A stretch of 64,000 bases of DNA. It comes from Candidatus Levybacteria bacterium RIFCSPHIGHO2_01_FULL_40_16 (GTDB taxonomy: Bacteria > Patescibacteriota > Microgenomatia > Levybacterales > UBA12049). The stretch is from positions 34,095-98,094 of the forward strand of contig MFNS01000006.1 of NCBI GenBank assembly GCA_001783805.1, given 5' to 3'. A program made the translations under genes and the position numbers. Shown here piece after piece: positions 53,328 through 61,975 of this stretch (position 1 is the stretch's first letter; each line of letters starts with the position of its first letter). Below the pieces are notes generated by a model. It did not search any database. It saw nothing but the letters and a program-made list of their open reading frames with translations, and was not told where the DNA came from.

Positions 53328-54295
53328 ATCCTTCCATGAAAAAAGTTTTAATAACAGGAATTACCGGGTTTGCAGGAAGTTATCTTGCGCAACACCTCCT
53401 CTTGACCAAAAAATATAACATCAGCGGGACTTACCTATTTGGAAAAAGTTTAAGTAACGTTGAATATGCAGAAGGTAAATTAAACCTAATAAAAGCAGAT
53501 TTGTCTGAAGAAAAAAACGTGCTTGATATTATTCAAGATGTTTCTCCGTCAATAATTTTCCATTTAGCCGCACTAACGTCTCCGGCAGACAGTTTTAAAA
53601 ATCCAACGACAGCTATAACCAACAATATCTCCCTACAGGTAAATCTACTGGAGGCAGTAAGAAAGCATAATCTATCCAACACAAAAATTTTGATTGTTTC
53701 ATCGGCAGACATCTACGGACGGGTTGCAAAAAACAATTTACCTATTGACGAAGAAACGCCTTTGATACCAACCAGTCCCTACAGCGTGTCTAAAATAGCG
53801 CAGGATTTTTTAGGTCTTACCTATTTTTTGACCTACAAACTTAAGATAATAAGAGTAAGGCCCTTTAATCATATTGGACCCAGACAATCTCCGAATTTCG
53901 TTGTTTCCGCGTTTGCCAAACAGATAGCTGAAATAGAGAAAGGTATAAGAAGGCCGGTTTTGAAAGTCGGCAATCTTCAAGCAAAAAGAGATTTTACGGA
54001 CGTAAGAGATATGGTTAATGCATACATTTTAGCTGTTGAGAAGGGGGAAGATGGAGAAGTTTATAATATAGGATCGGGTATCTCTTATAAAATATCTGAT
54101 ATTTTGAATAAATTAATTTCCATGTCTTCTTCTAAGATAAAGATAGAAAAAGACGAAACTTTATTTAGACCAAGCGATAATCCTGATCTGGTATGTAATG
54201 CTGGTAAATTTATTAGCCTTACAGGCTGGAAACCTCAAGTTCCTATCGAAACGACTCTCAAGGAAACTCTGGACTATTGGAGAAATATAATTTAA
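53324..54295 (+). CDS. GDP-sugar SDR (GDP-4-keto-6-deoxymannose reductase Rmd-like)
   Basis: ITGITGFAG, PYSVSK, RPFNHIGPRQ, GNL...RDFTDVRD; adjacent to gmd. Confidence 0.82.
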   Translation: MNPSMKKVLITGITGFAGSYLAQHLLLTKKYNISGTYLFGKSLSNVEYAEGKLNLIKADLSEEKNVLDIIQDVSPSIIFHLAALTSPADSFKNPTTAITNNISLQVNLLEAVRKHNLSNTKILIVSSADIYGRVAKNNLPIDEETPLIPTSPYSVSKIAQDFLGLTYFLTYKLKIIRVRPFNHIGPRQSPNFVVSAFAKQIAEIEKGIRRPVLKVGNLQAKRDFTDVRDMVNAYILAVEKGEDGEVYNIGSGISYKISDILNKLISMSSSKIKIEKDETLFRPSDNPDLVCNAGKFISLTGWKPQVPIETTLKETLDYWRNII

Positions 54296-54313
54296 AATTA
54301 AATAGGTACTTTT

Positions 54314-55279
54314 ATGAAGAAAGCTTTAATAACAGGAATTACGGGACAAGACGCATCATACCTTGCGGAATTTCTGCTTACAAAAGGATATAAAGTTTTT
54401 GGAACAACAAGAAGATCCAGCACGGTTAACAATGAGAGAATAGAACATATCCAGGATAAAATTACTATTTTACAAGGAGACTTGTTGGATCAGGGGTCGT
54501 TGTCTTCAGCGCTTTTGGAGTCTGAACCTGACGAAGTTTATAATTTAGCAGCTCAATCTTTTGTTCAGACATCTTGGAATCAGCCTGTTTTGACTGGAGA
54601 ATTTACCGCTTTGGGAGTGACCAGGTTGCTTGAGGCAATCAGAACTGTAAATCCCAAAATAAAATTCTATCAAGCATCCAGTTCGGAAATGTTTGGTAAA
54701 GTAACGGAGACTCCGCAGAAAGAAACGACAAGATTCCATCCAAGAAGTCCTTACGGTGTGGCCAAAGTTTACGGCCATTACATAACGATGAATTATCGAG
54801 AAAGTTTTGGTATTTTTGCCTGTTCGGGTATGATGTTTAATCATGAATCTCCCCGCAGGGGTTTGGAATTTGTGACCAGAAAGATAAGCCATGCAGTTGC
54901 GAGAATAAGCCTTAAAAAGCAGGAGCATCTTGAACTTGGAGCGCTGGAGCCAAAGAGAGATTGGGGATTTGCAGGTGATTATGTTGAGGCGATGTGGCTC
55001 ATGCTTCAGCAAGAGAAAGCAGATGATTATGTAGTAGCAATGGGAGAAAATCACAGCGTTAGGGAATTTTTGGATTTGGCTTTTAAAACAGTTGGAATTT
55101 CGGATTGGAGTAAGTATGTTGTCTCCAATAAAACGTCTCACATGCGGCCTGCAGAAGTTGACTATTTAATAGGGGATGCGAGCAAAGCCAAAAAAGTATT
55201 GGGATGGAAACCGAAAACAAGCTTCAAAGAACTGGTTGAAATGATGGTTAAAGCCGATTTGGTGCTGGAGAAGAAGTAG
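54314..55279 (+). CDS. gmd: GDP-mannose 4,6-dehydratase
   Basis: [58 protein letters not shown]. Confidence 0.96.
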   Translation: MKKALITGITGQDASYLAEFLLTKGYKVFGTTRRSSTVNNERIEHIQDKITILQGDLLDQGSLSSALLESEPDEVYNLAAQSFVQTSWNQPVLTGEFTALGVTRLLEAIRTVNPKIKFYQASSSEMFGKVTETPQKETTRFHPRSPYGVAKVYGHYITMNYRESFGIFACSGMMFNHESPRRGLEFVTRKISHAVARISLKKQEHLELGALEPKRDWGFAGDYVEAMWLMLQQEKADDYVVAMGENHSVREFLDLAFKTVGISDWSKYVVSNKTSHMRPAEVDYLIGDASKAKKVLGWKPKTSFKELVEMMVKADLVLEKK

Positions 55280-55337
55280 AAATAAATCCCGCACCAACCC
55301 CATCGTTTAGTTCCAAGACAAGATTTAATATAAAATT

Positions 55338-56312
55338 ATGGATAAATCAAGAAAAAGAGTATTGGTAGCAGGTGGTGCGGGATTTATTGGTTCGCATTTA
55401 TGCAAAAGTTTATTAGACGGGAATTACAAAGTAATCGCAATAGACAATCTTCTGACAAGTACTAAAGATAATTTAAAAGATCTTCTAAAAAATCCTGAAT
55501 TCACATTTTTAGAGCATGATGTTACCGACCAAATTTCAAATTTCAAATTTCAAATTTCAAATTTGGACTATATCTTCCACTTGGCAAGTCCTGCATCCCC
55601 AAATCAAAAAAGCGCAAGGAGTTACATAAATCATCCAATAGAAACTTTACTTGCAAATTCACTTGGAACATATAATCTTTTGGAATTAACCCGTCAATTT
55701 AACGCTAAATTTTTATATGCTTCTTCATCCGAAGTTTACGGAGATCCCGCAATATCTCCTCAAAAGGAAGATTATTTTGGTAGTGTAAATCCAAATGGAA
55801 TAAGATCTGTGTATGATGAGGGAAAAAGATTTGGAGAAGCAATTACATCTGGGTACGTACGGAAATATGGTTTGGATGCTCGCATAATTCGTATTTTTAA
55901 CACTTACGGACCAATAATGCTGGCTGATGATGGAAGGGTGGTGTCTAATTTCATTAACCAGGCAATAGAAAATAAGCCGATTACAGTTTATGGAAAAGGT
56001 ACTCAAACAAGAAGTCTTTGCTATGTTGATGATATGGTTTCCGGAATAAAACTGGCAATGCTGACTCCGAATACCAAGGGAGAAGTTTTTAATTTAGGTA
56101 ATCCGGATGAGCGAAGCATTCTAGATATTGCAAAGCTTATTAAGAGTCTGACCAATTCAAAATCAAAAATTGTTTTTGAAGATTTGCCTATCGATGATCC
56201 AAAATCCAGAAAGCCTGATATCGCCAAAGCAAAAAGAATTTTAGGGTGGGAACCAAAAGTCTCAACAGAGAGAGGCTTACGAAAAACCATAGATTATTTT
56301 AGAAACATATGA
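55338..56312 (+). CDS. UDP-glucuronate decarboxylase-like SDR
   Basis: GGAGFIGSHL, HLASPASP, SEVYGDP, YDEGKR, RIFNTYGP, DGRVVSNF, DDP..R.PDI. Confidence 0.9.
   Translation: MDKSRKRVLVAGGAGFIGSHLCKSLLDGNYKVIAIDNLLTSTKDNLKDLLKNPEFTFLEHDVTDQISNFKFQISNLDYIFHLASPASPNQKSARSYINHPIETLLANSLGTYNLLELTRQFNAKFLYASSSEVYGDPAISPQKEDYFGSVNPNGIRSVYDEGKRFGEAITSGYVRKYGLDARIIRIFNTYGPIMLADDGRVVSNFINQAIENKPITVYGKGTQTRSLCYVDDMVSGIKLAMLTPNTKGEVFNLGNPDERSILDIAKLIKSLTNSKSKIVFEDLPIDDPKSRKPDIAKAKRILGWEPKVSTERGLRKTIDYFRNI
55530..55564 (+). repeat. Perfect heptamer array in the decarboxylase gene
   Basis: (CAAATTT)x5. Confidence 0.95.
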
Positions 56313-57436
56313 AAATAGTGATCATCCCCGCAACTTACAATGAAAAAGGCAATATTGAACGATTGATTACGATTCTCGAAACAGAAGTTTTTCCAAAGCT
56401 CAAGAATCACGATATGTATATTTTGGTGGCTGATGACAATTCTCCGGATGGGACCGCGGATGAAGTAAAAAAGTTGATGAAAAAATGGGCGAATATCGGT
56501 ATCTCAAGTGGCATAAGGAATGGATTGGGAGCAGCCTACATTAGGGGGATGACGTATGCGGTTGAAAAATTAGGCGCCGATGTAATGTTTGAAATAGATG
56601 CGGACTTACAGCATGATCCACACAAAATTCCTGAATTTATTAAAAAAATTGAACAAGGATACGATATGGTTATAGGAAATCGGTACAGTGATGGCGGTTC
56701 GATTCCTGAGAATTGGCCTCTGATTCGAAAAATATTTTCAATTGCTGCCAATCTTTTTGTCAGAACTGTCTTTACGAAATTTTCCGTGCATGATTGGACA
56801 GGCGGATATAGGGCTTTAAAAAAGGAGGTTTTTCTTAAGGAGAAACCTAGGCTTACTAATTTCAGGGGATACATATTCCAAATTTCTTTTTTGCATAAAG
56901 CCGTAAGAGACGGATTCAAAATTGGAGAAGTTCCATTTCATTTTAGCGATAGGACTTTGGGCAGTTCCAAAATTGCCCCCTTAGGGTACATACTAGATGT
57001 AGTTGAATATGTGGTTATTTCAAGAATTAAGGAGTTGATTTTTGGAAAATTCGGAAAATTTTTAGTGGTTGGAGGATTGGGATTTGTTATAAATGCCGGT
57101 TTGTACGAGGCGTTGGTAAGGAATACCAATCTTCCTCTTGCGGTTTCTAATTTGATAGCCGCCCAATTTGCAATCTTTTCAAATTTTAACTTCAACAACG
57201 CATGGACATTTAAAACCCAAAAGGCAAACAGCATCTTTTCCTACTTCAGGAAAATGATAGGTTTTTTTACAACATCAAATATAGGAGTGATCCTTATCCA
57301 ATCGGGAATAATTCAGCTTGGAGATGTATTATATGGTGAAAAATATTACAGAATTTATTTTCTCATTGGAACATTTTTTCTCTTAATTTGGAATTTTACA
57401 ATGTATAGTAAGATCATTTGGAAAAAGAAGACCTAA
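56309..57436 (+). CDS. GT2 polyprenol-phosphate glycosyltransferase fused to GtrA-like domain
   Basis: TYNE..NI, DDNSPDGT, GLG.AY, DADLQH.P, D.TGGYR, R..G.SK; C-terminal 4-TM with N..WTF. Confidence 0.92.
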   Translation: MKIVIIPATYNEKGNIERLITILETEVFPKLKNHDMYILVADDNSPDGTADEVKKLMKKWANIGISSGIRNGLGAAYIRGMTYAVEKLGADVMFEIDADLQHDPHKIPEFIKKIEQGYDMVIGNRYSDGGSIPENWPLIRKIFSIAANLFVRTVFTKFSVHDWTGGYRALKKEVFLKEKPRLTNFRGYIFQISFLHKAVRDGFKIGEVPFHFSDRTLGSSKIAPLGYILDVVEYVVISRIKELIFGKFGKFLVVGGLGFVINAGLYEALVRNTNLPLAVSNLIAAQFAIFSNFNFNNAWTFKTQKANSIFSYFRKMIGFFTTSNIGVILIQSGIIQLGDVLYGEKYYRIYFLIGTFFLLIWNFTMYSKIIWKKKT

Positions 57437-57461
57437 GGCCTCAATCTTAATTCAAAATAAT

Positions 57462-59015
57462 ATGTTTTTACGAATTTGGAAATTATTAACAAATAATAAA
57501 GTTGTATTTTTTTTCATACTTATTCTTGCTGCGTTTTTAAGACTTTATAAAATTGATGATTACATGACTTTTCTTGGAGATGAGGGGAGAGACGTTCTTA
57601 TTGTAAAGGGTATTTTGGAAGGACATTTTACTCTCTTAGGGCCTAGGGCTTCGGCTGCAGATTTCTTTACGGGACCTATCTATTATTATTTTATGGCACC
57701 ATTTTTGTGGTTATTTAATTTAGATCCGGTAGGTCCGGCTGTTGGAATTGCCCTTTTAGGAATAGCAACGGCATATCTGGTTTATCGTATCGGTAAATAT
57801 TTTTTTGGGGCACCAGCCGGGCTTTTTGCAGCAGCACTTTATGCAGTATCTCCAGTGGTCATTAGCTATTCACGTTCCTCTTGGAATCCAAATCCAATGC
57901 CGTTTTTCTCGTTGTTGATACTCTTTTTTCTATACAGATCAATTATGGATAAGTCATGGAAAATATTATTTTTTACGGGACTCCTTTTTGGCATTGCAAT
58001 GCAACTGCATTATATAGAGGTGTTTTTGGGGATTACGATTTTTCTCTTTATAATAATCTCAACCTATATATTGGAAAATAAAAAAAGAATAAAGATATGC
58101 GCCATGCGTTATGCGGAGTTTTTATTAGGATTTCTAATTGGTTTTTCTCCATTTCTTGCATTTGAGATTCGTCATGGGTTTCCAAATACTAAGACGATAT
58201 TAAATTTTATTTTTCATCAGGATCTTTACATTAAAGAGGTAGTTCGTACATCACCTATGCAAATTGTAGGGGATGTTTTTTTTAGATTGTTTGCGCGCTT
58301 ACTTACAAACTATCCTCCGCTAGATCGGCTGCATGATGGGACATTGATATTTACGTTGTGGCAACTAGGGGTAGTTATATTAGCGGTTGCGTCAATAATC
58401 GCACTGCTTAGGATAAAAAACAAAATTGCTTTATTATTATTTTCCTTATGGCTTTTTATCGGAGTATTAAGTTTCGGATTCTATAAAAAACCTATTTATG
58501 ATTATTATTTTGAATTCATGTTTCCATTGCCTTTTTTATTGATTGGAAATTTGTTTCACCAGCTTTATAAAAGCGAAAGAATGCATATCTACGGTAAAAT
58601 TATCTCGATTGGTTTATTCACGACTCTATTTTTATATAATTTATACTGGATGCCTTTTAAATTTGCCCCAAACAAACAAAAAGATCAGGTAAAATCAATT
58701 GCTGAATTTGTAGTTTCTAAAACAAATAGTAAGCCTTTTAATTTTGCTTTAATTGCCGCGCAAAATTCCGATCATGCTTATCGTTATTTCTTTAATGTTT
58801 GGAAGAGAGATCCAATTACGATAGAAAATGAGATTGTGGATCCGAAGAGGAAGACGGTTGCCAATCAGCTGCTGGTCATTTGCGAAGATAGGAATTGTGC
58901 ACCGCTAGGAAATTCTCTTTGGGAAATAGCAGGATTCGGCCGGGCAGAAATTGCTCAAGAATGGAATATCTCCGTTGTCAAAGTATTCAAACTTGTCCAT
59001 TATGAGGGAGTTTAA
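57462..59015 (+). CDS. GT-C fold (ArnT/PMT-like) glycosyltransferase
   Basis: LR.Y, F.GDEGRD, GP.YYY, A.SP....YSR..WNPN, QLH; many TMs. Confidence 0.88.
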   Translation: MFLRIWKLLTNNKVVFFFILILAAFLRLYKIDDYMTFLGDEGRDVLIVKGILEGHFTLLGPRASAADFFTGPIYYYFMAPFLWLFNLDPVGPAVGIALLGIATAYLVYRIGKYFFGAPAGLFAAALYAVSPVVISYSRSSWNPNPMPFFSLLILFFLYRSIMDKSWKILFFTGLLFGIAMQLHYIEVFLGITIFLFIIISTYILENKKRIKICAMRYAEFLLGFLIGFSPFLAFEIRHGFPNTKTILNFIFHQDLYIKEVVRTSPMQIVGDVFFRLFARLLTNYPPLDRLHDGTLIFTLWQLGVVILAVASIIALLRIKNKIALLLFSLWLFIGVLSFGFYKKPIYDYYFEFMFPLPFLLIGNLFHQLYKSERMHIYGKIISIGLFTTLFLYNLYWMPFKFAPNKQKDQVKSIAEFVVSKTNSKPFNFALIAAQNSDHAYRYFFNVWKRDPITIENEIVDPKRKTVANQLLVICEDRNCAPLGNSLWEIAGFGRAEIAQEWNISVVKVFKLVHYEGV

Positions 59016-59023
59016 CTTCTAAG

Positions 59024-59055
59024 AAAAACCCCACACCATGCAGTGAGGGGTTTTT
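59024..59055. terminator. Bidirectional intrinsic terminator
   Basis: AAAAACCCC...GGGGTTTTT between convergent genes. Confidence 0.75.
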
Positions 59056-59110
59056 GCTTTGTTCTTGAAGGAATATTGCTAATCCATCAAGAAAAGTATC
59101 CCCAACAAAT

Positions 59111-59254
59111 TTAGGCTTTTCCAATTCTGTACATTCCTGTTCCACAAACTGGGCATTTGCCTTTCATTGCCGGTTTACCGTTTTTCATTGTAACTGCTTG
59201 AGCGCTTGGGTCTTCTCTCTTCGCTCTGCATTTTACGCAGTACATTGATGCCAT
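59111..59254 (-). CDS. 47-aa zinc-ribbon protein (DUF5679-like), below ORF-track cutoff
   Basis: MASMYCVKCRAKREDPSAQAVTMKNGKPAMKGKCPVCGTGMYRIGKA; SD GGAGGTGA. Confidence 0.88.
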   Translation of the reverse strand: MASMYCVKCRAKREDPSAQAVTMKNGKPAMKGKCPVCGTGMYRIGKA

Positions 59255-59278
59255 ATTTATTTTCACCTCCCTTCCTAG

Positions 59279-59542
59279 CTAATAATTTAAATTTGGTATT
59301 GAAAGAATGTGTCTTTTAAGAAGAAAGAAGAGAATAATCTGTGCCGCAATGATAGAGCAAGTTAATATTCCTGTCTTCGAAACGTCTTTTAAGACGTGCG
59401 TATTGAAATAAGAATTTTCATTAATTGAAATAGCGAGGGGAGAATTATTGGGAGGCGTATTCTTATTTTTGAAAATATAAACCTGATGACGATAATCTGC
59501 AATAATTTTTTCTTTACGGGTCTTTTTGTGCTTATGCTTCAT
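59279..59542 (-). CDS. Hypothetical basic protein with C-terminal TM
   Basis: KTRKEKIIAD.R N-terminus, KD..KT then hydrophobic segment. Confidence 0.65.
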   Translation of the reverse strand: MKHKHKKTRKEKIIADYRHQVYIFKNKNTPPNNSPLAISINENSYFNTHVLKDVSKTGILTCSIIAAQIILFFLLKRHILSIPNLNY

Positions 59543-59602
59543 AATAGCAAAAGACTACACTATTGACACGAGCCTGTCAAGAGGCTAAGATAATTAATAT
59601 CT

Positions 59603-60061
59603 ATGACGTCCAATTTTATCCTCTTAGGATTTTCAATAATTAGTTTATGGCTCTTCATCGTTTCAATTTTTCTCTGGAAGGCTTTGTCTCATTACAATAA
59701 ATTGGGACGGGGGTTAAAGGATAAAGATTTCAAATCGATTATGGAGGCCCTTTTGGAAGATACGCGTATTGCCAAAAAAGATATTAATGGTTTAAAGTTA
59801 TATTGTGACAAGATACAAAAAGACGGTTTTTTACATATTCAAAAGATAGGTTTGGTCCGTTTTAATCCATTTAAAGATACGGGAGGCGACCAAAGTTTTA
59901 TCCTGTCTCTGGTCGATGGAAATGATACGGGGGTCATAATCTCCGGTTTGTATGCCAGGTCAGGTACGAGATGGTATGCGAAAAGAGTCGTAGAGGGTAA
60001 ATCATTGGAACATGAGCTGTCTGACGAAGAGAAAAAAGCTCTCAAAGAAGCAAGGGCTTAG
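59603..60061 (+). CDS. DUF4446-family protein
   Basis: IQKIGLVRFNPF.DTGGDQSF..SL.D...G, R..TR.YAK, LS.EE..A. Confidence 0.88.
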   Translation: MTSNFILLGFSIISLWLFIVSIFLWKALSHYNKLGRGLKDKDFKSIMEALLEDTRIAKKDINGLKLYCDKIQKDGFLHIQKIGLVRFNPFKDTGGDQSFILSLVDGNDTGVIISGLYARSGTRWYAKRVVEGKSLEHELSDEEKKALKEARA

Positions 60062-60066
60062 AAGAT

Positions 60067-61230
60067 ATGAGCAAAAATAAATTATTCAGTACTATATTGG
60101 TTGTAATTATCTATTTAATTTCTACCGGCACATCGTATATATTTTTTTCGGTAAATGCAGCATCTAGCGTTAAAACTACCTTGCCTACGGTTGGGACATC
60201 AGATAAGCTTACTTTTGACGAAACTCTTCCCAGGACAGAACCATGCCCAATGAATGGAACGCTTTACTCAAAACAACAAAAAGACTGGTGGGAAAAGCAT
60301 AGGCCCCTGGGAATAATGGTAGAAAACCATGCGGAGGCTCGTCCTCAATCGGGCTTGTCTTCTGCAGATGTCCTATATGAAGCGGTTGCGGAAGGCGGCA
60401 TAACTAGATTCCTGTCTATTTTTTATTGTCAGTCAGCTGAAGAAGTCGGACCAATCAGGAGCGCCCGCACATACTTCTTAGATTTTATTTCAGAATATGG
60501 GGTAAGTCCATTGTATGCTCATGTCGGAGGAGCCAATCAGGACGGTCCAGCAGACGCCTTGTCCCAAATTGAAGATTATGGTTGGGCAGGAGTCAACGAC
60601 ATGAATCAATTTTCTATTGGTTTTCCAACATTTTGGAGAGATTATGATCGATTAGGACATCCTGCGGCAACAGAACATACAATGTATTCAACAACAGAAA
60701 AACTTTTGCAATTTGCCGCTACTTCCAGGAAGTTAACAGCTGAAGATGAGAATGGAATAACTTGGACAAAAGGTTTTGTTCCTTATAGTTTCAAAGAAGA
60801 TGCTCCGGTGTCCCAGAGGCCTCCAAAGCAGACAATTCATTTAGAGTTTTGGGCAGAGGATCCTGCTTATGCTGTAGATTGGATATATGAGCCAATTGCA
60901 AATATATATAAAAGGAATAACAGAGAAGTTGCGCAGATCGATCGAAATAATAGTCAGCAACTAACTGCAAAAAATATAGTAGTATTATACATGTTTCAGA
61001 CTAATGCAAATGATGGGTATCAGGACAATCAGCATTTATTGTACAAAACAAAAGGAGTAGGGCGTGCAAATATTTTTATGGACGGGAAACAGATTACCGG
61101 TACTTGGAGAAAAGATAGTAGGACAGCCCGAACCCTGCTTTTTGATAACACGGGGTTACCAATAAAATTTGATCGAGGAACAATTTGGTTCGAAATTCTG
61201 CCTATAGGTGGAATATTGACTGTTAAATGA
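60067..61230 (+). CDS. DUF3048-family protein
   Basis: RP..IMVEN...ARPQSGL..AD..YE...EGGITRF, GPIRSAR.YF, HVGG. Confidence 0.88.
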   Translation: MSKNKLFSTILVVIIYLISTGTSYIFFSVNAASSVKTTLPTVGTSDKLTFDETLPRTEPCPMNGTLYSKQQKDWWEKHRPLGIMVENHAEARPQSGLSSADVLYEAVAEGGITRFLSIFYCQSAEEVGPIRSARTYFLDFISEYGVSPLYAHVGGANQDGPADALSQIEDYGWAGVNDMNQFSIGFPTFWRDYDRLGHPAATEHTMYSTTEKLLQFAATSRKLTAEDENGITWTKGFVPYSFKEDAPVSQRPPKQTIHLEFWAEDPAYAVDWIYEPIANIYKRNNREVAQIDRNNSQQLTAKNIVVLYMFQTNANDGYQDNQHLLYKTKGVGRANIFMDGKQITGTWRKDSRTARTLLFDNTGLPIKFDRGTIWFEILPIGGILTVK

Positions 61231-61231
61231 T

Positions 61232-61351
61232 GTATGCCACTACGCAATTATTTCAAGAATTCGACATATACCTACCGTAGCTTTCAAAATGATAATTAGG
61301 CTATTAAAATTGCTCAATTTGTTAGAATAATTGCTTCGTTAGGCATTATAC
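61232..61351. other. Long intergenic hairpin, candidate structured RNA or degenerate MITE
   Basis: ATGCC/GGCAT, GCAATTATT/AATAATTGC, CCTA/TAGG nested. Confidence 0.45.
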
Positions 61352-61399
61352 TTATTTGCATTTTGAAAACAAAGGGGTATATAATCAGAGCAAGAGTTT

Positions 61400-61975
61400 A
61401 TGTTGTCTGATTTAATCACTTCGCAATCCAGAATAAAACTATTAAATGTCCTGTTGGCCGAGCCTACGGAAATGCTTCATGTTAGGGAGCTGGTAAGAAG
61501 AACGGGGGACGAAATTAACGCAGTCAGACGCGAACTTTTGTTTTTAGAAAAAAAAGGAATTCTCACCCGAGAACCTCGCGCCAATAGAGTATATTATTCA
61601 TTATCTAAAAATTATCTTTTTTATTTCGATCTTTTAAGAATGGGTGCAAAAATAGTAGGCCTAGGGGATGCGATATTAAAAAACCGCGTTAAGATTGGGA
61701 AAATAAAATATGCAATGTTTTCCGGAAAATTTGCAAGAAGAATGGAAAAAAGACCGACAGATGTTGACTTTATCATTGTCGGAACAATTGTACTGCCTGA
61801 ATTGGCGGTTCTGATCAGGGACGAAGAGAAAAGATTGGGGAGAGAAATTAATTATACAGTGATGACAGAGGAAGAATTTTCATTCAGAAAGAAAAAAAGA
61901 GACCCATTTATACTGTCCGTTCTCTTAGGATCTAGAGTCATGCTCTATGGGGACGAGGAAAGTATGCTAGCATGA
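61400..61975 (+). CDS. Winged-HTH plus minimal nucleotidyltransferase-like protein
   Basis: S.SR.KLL, HVREL.R, N.VRREL..L...G.L; FSG.F......DVD..IVG, REINY. Confidence 0.8.
   Translation: MLSDLITSQSRIKLLNVLLAEPTEMLHVRELVRRTGDEINAVRRELLFLEKKGILTREPRANRVYYSLSKNYLFYFDLLRMGAKIVGLGDAILKNRVKIGKIKYAMFSGKFARRMEKRPTDVDFIIVGTIVLPELAVLIRDEEKRLGREINYTVMTEEEFSFRKKKRDPFILSVLLGSRVMLYGDEESMLA

Noticed and set aside
2737-55564. Repeat arrays as CRISPR
   Set aside because: Units are 7-8 nt and contiguous, with no unique spacers and no cas genes
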